Assembly: GCA_030390025.1 (NCBI GenBank)
Contig: CM059432.1
Span: 36,334,001 to 36,398,000, forward strand
Source: Squalus acanthias
Lineage: Eukaryota
DNA: 64,000 nucleotides
Reading direction: 5' to 3'
Numbering within the stretch: position 1 is the stretch's first letter; every line of letters begins with the position of its first letter. A program made the position numbers and the translations under genes. The notes under the pieces were generated by a model that saw only the letters and a list, made by a program, of their open reading frames with translations, had not been told where the DNA came from and searched no databases. Shown here piece after piece: positions 62,286 to 64,000 of this stretch.

Positions 62286-64000
62286 TTTTTTTAAAATATT
62301 CGTTCATGGGATATGGGCGTTGCTGGCAAGGCCAGCATCTATTGCCTATCCCTAGTTGCCCTTGAGAAGGTGGTGGTGAGCTGCCTTCTTGAACCGCTAC
62401 AGTCCGTGTGGCGAAGGTACTCCCACAGTGCTGTTGGGGAGGGAGTTCCAGGATTTTGACCCAGCGATGATGAAGGAACGGCGATATACTTCCAAGTCAG
62501 GATGGTGTGCGACTTGGAGGGGTACTTGGAGGTGGTGGTGTTCCCATGCGCCTGCTGCCCTTGTCCTTCTAGGTGGAAGAGTTCATGGGTTAGGGAGGTG
62601 CTGCCGAAGAAGCCTTGGCGAGTTGCTGCAGTGCATCTTGTAGATTGTACACACTGCAGCCATGGTATGCCTGTGGTGGAGGGAGTGATTTTTTTTTTAA
62701 GGTGGTGGATGGGGTGCCAATCAAGCTGGCTGCTTTGTCCTGGATGGTGTCGAGCTTCTTGTGTTGTTCGAGCTGCACTTATCCAGGCAAGTGGAGAGTA
62801 TTCCATCACACTCTTTACTTCTGCCTTGTAGATGGTGGAAAGGCTTTGGTGAGTCAGGAGGTGAGACACTCGCCACAGAATACCCAGCCTCTGACCTGCT
62901 CTTGTTGCCACAGTATTTCTGTGGCTGGTCCAGTTAAGTTTCTGGTCATTGGTGACCCCCCAGGATATTGACGGTGGGGGATTCGGTGATGGTAATGCCG
63001 TTGAATGTCATGGGGCGGTGGTTAGACGCTCGCTTGTTGGAGATAGTCATTGCCTGGCACTTGTGTGGCACGAATGTTTCCTGCCACTTATCAGCCCAAG
63101 CCTGAATGTCGTCCAGGTCTTGCTGCATGCGGGCATGGACTGCTTCATTATCTGAGGAGTTGCGAATGGAACTGAACACTGTGCAGTCATCAGCGAACAT
63201 CCCCACTTCTGATGTTATGATGGAAGGAAGGTCTTTGATGAAGCAGCTGAAGATGGTTGGGCCGAGGACACTGCCCTGAGGAACTCCTGCAGCGATGTTC
63301 TGGGGCTGTGATGATTGACCTCCAATCACCACAACCATCTTCCTTTGTGCTAGGTACGACTCCAACAAGTGGAGAGTTTTCCCCCCCGATTCCCATTGAC
63401 TTCGGTTTTACTAGTTCTCCTTGATTCCACACTCGGTCATATGCTGTCTTGATGTTGAGGGCATTCACTCTGACCTCACTTCTGGAATTCAGCTCTTTTG
63501 TCCGTGTTTGGACCAAGGCTGTAATGAGGTCTGGAGCCGAGTGGTCCTGACGGAACCCAAACTGGGCATCCGTGACCAGGTTATTGGTGAGTAAGTGCCA
63601 CTTGATGGAAGGTGTCGTCGACACCTTCCATCACTTTGCTGATGATTGAGAGTAGGCTGATGGGGTGGTAAATGGCTGGATTGGATTTGTCCTGCTTTTT
63701 GTGGACAGGACATACCTGGCCAGTTTTCCACATTGTCAGATAGATGCCAGTGTTATAACTGTACTGGAACAGCTTGGCTAGAGGCGTAGCTAGTTCTGGA
63801 GTACAAGTCTTCAGCACGACAGCCGGGATGTTGCCGGGGCCCACAGCCTTTGCTGTATCCAGTGCGCTCAGCCGTTTCTTGATATCACGTGGAGTGAATC
63901 GAATTGGCTGAAGACTAGCTTCTGTGGTGGTGGGGATCTCAGGAGAAGGCCGATATGGATCATCCACTCGGCATTTCTGGCTGAAGATGGTTGCAAATGC
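62286..64000 (-). mobile_element. Copy of the 11507-14772 LINE family (RT + 3' end), continuing beyond the window
   Basis: Collinear with 11507-13203; [19 protein letters not shown]. Confidence 0.93.

Noticed and set aside
1..64000. Prokaryotic systems (CRISPR array, retron, DGR, operons) suggested by the many RT ORFs
   Set aside because: No regularly spaced repeat-spacer array or gene-dense organisation; all RTs are vertebrate non-LTR or Penelope types within spliceosomal introns.

Overview
Eukaryotic vertebrate DNA, most likely a shark or other cartilaginous fish, judged from its repeat content (CR1/HER1-type LINEs, L2, a Deu-domain SacSINE1-like SINE, a Meta-domain SINE, Penelope). The window lies mostly within introns of a + strand MAP4 (microtubule-associated protein 4) gene. 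Two coding exons are identifiable: 39449-39731 (ATG at 39467) and a 75-nt exon at 44976-45050 that the ORF track misses. Nearly all long ORFs in the track are decayed retrotransposon fragments. The most striking observation is a 3.27-kb single-ORF (APE endonuclease + RT) LINE at 11507-14772 (-). Its 5' end is a tRNA-derived Pol III promoter plus Meta-type SINE domain, one target-site duplication flanks the whole unit, and by eye its sense strand has no TTTT Pol III terminator. It is a candidate Pol III-transcribed autonomous retrotransposon, and the short SINEs in the window look like its internal-deletion derivatives. Also present: a minimal hammerhead ribozyme in a Penelope terminal fragment, a 1.23-kb solo LTR with a 4-bp TSD, four DNA-transposon MITEs of three superfamily types, and deeply nested CR1/L2 clusters. 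All calls were made by eye; repeat boundaries are approximate unless a TSD is quoted.
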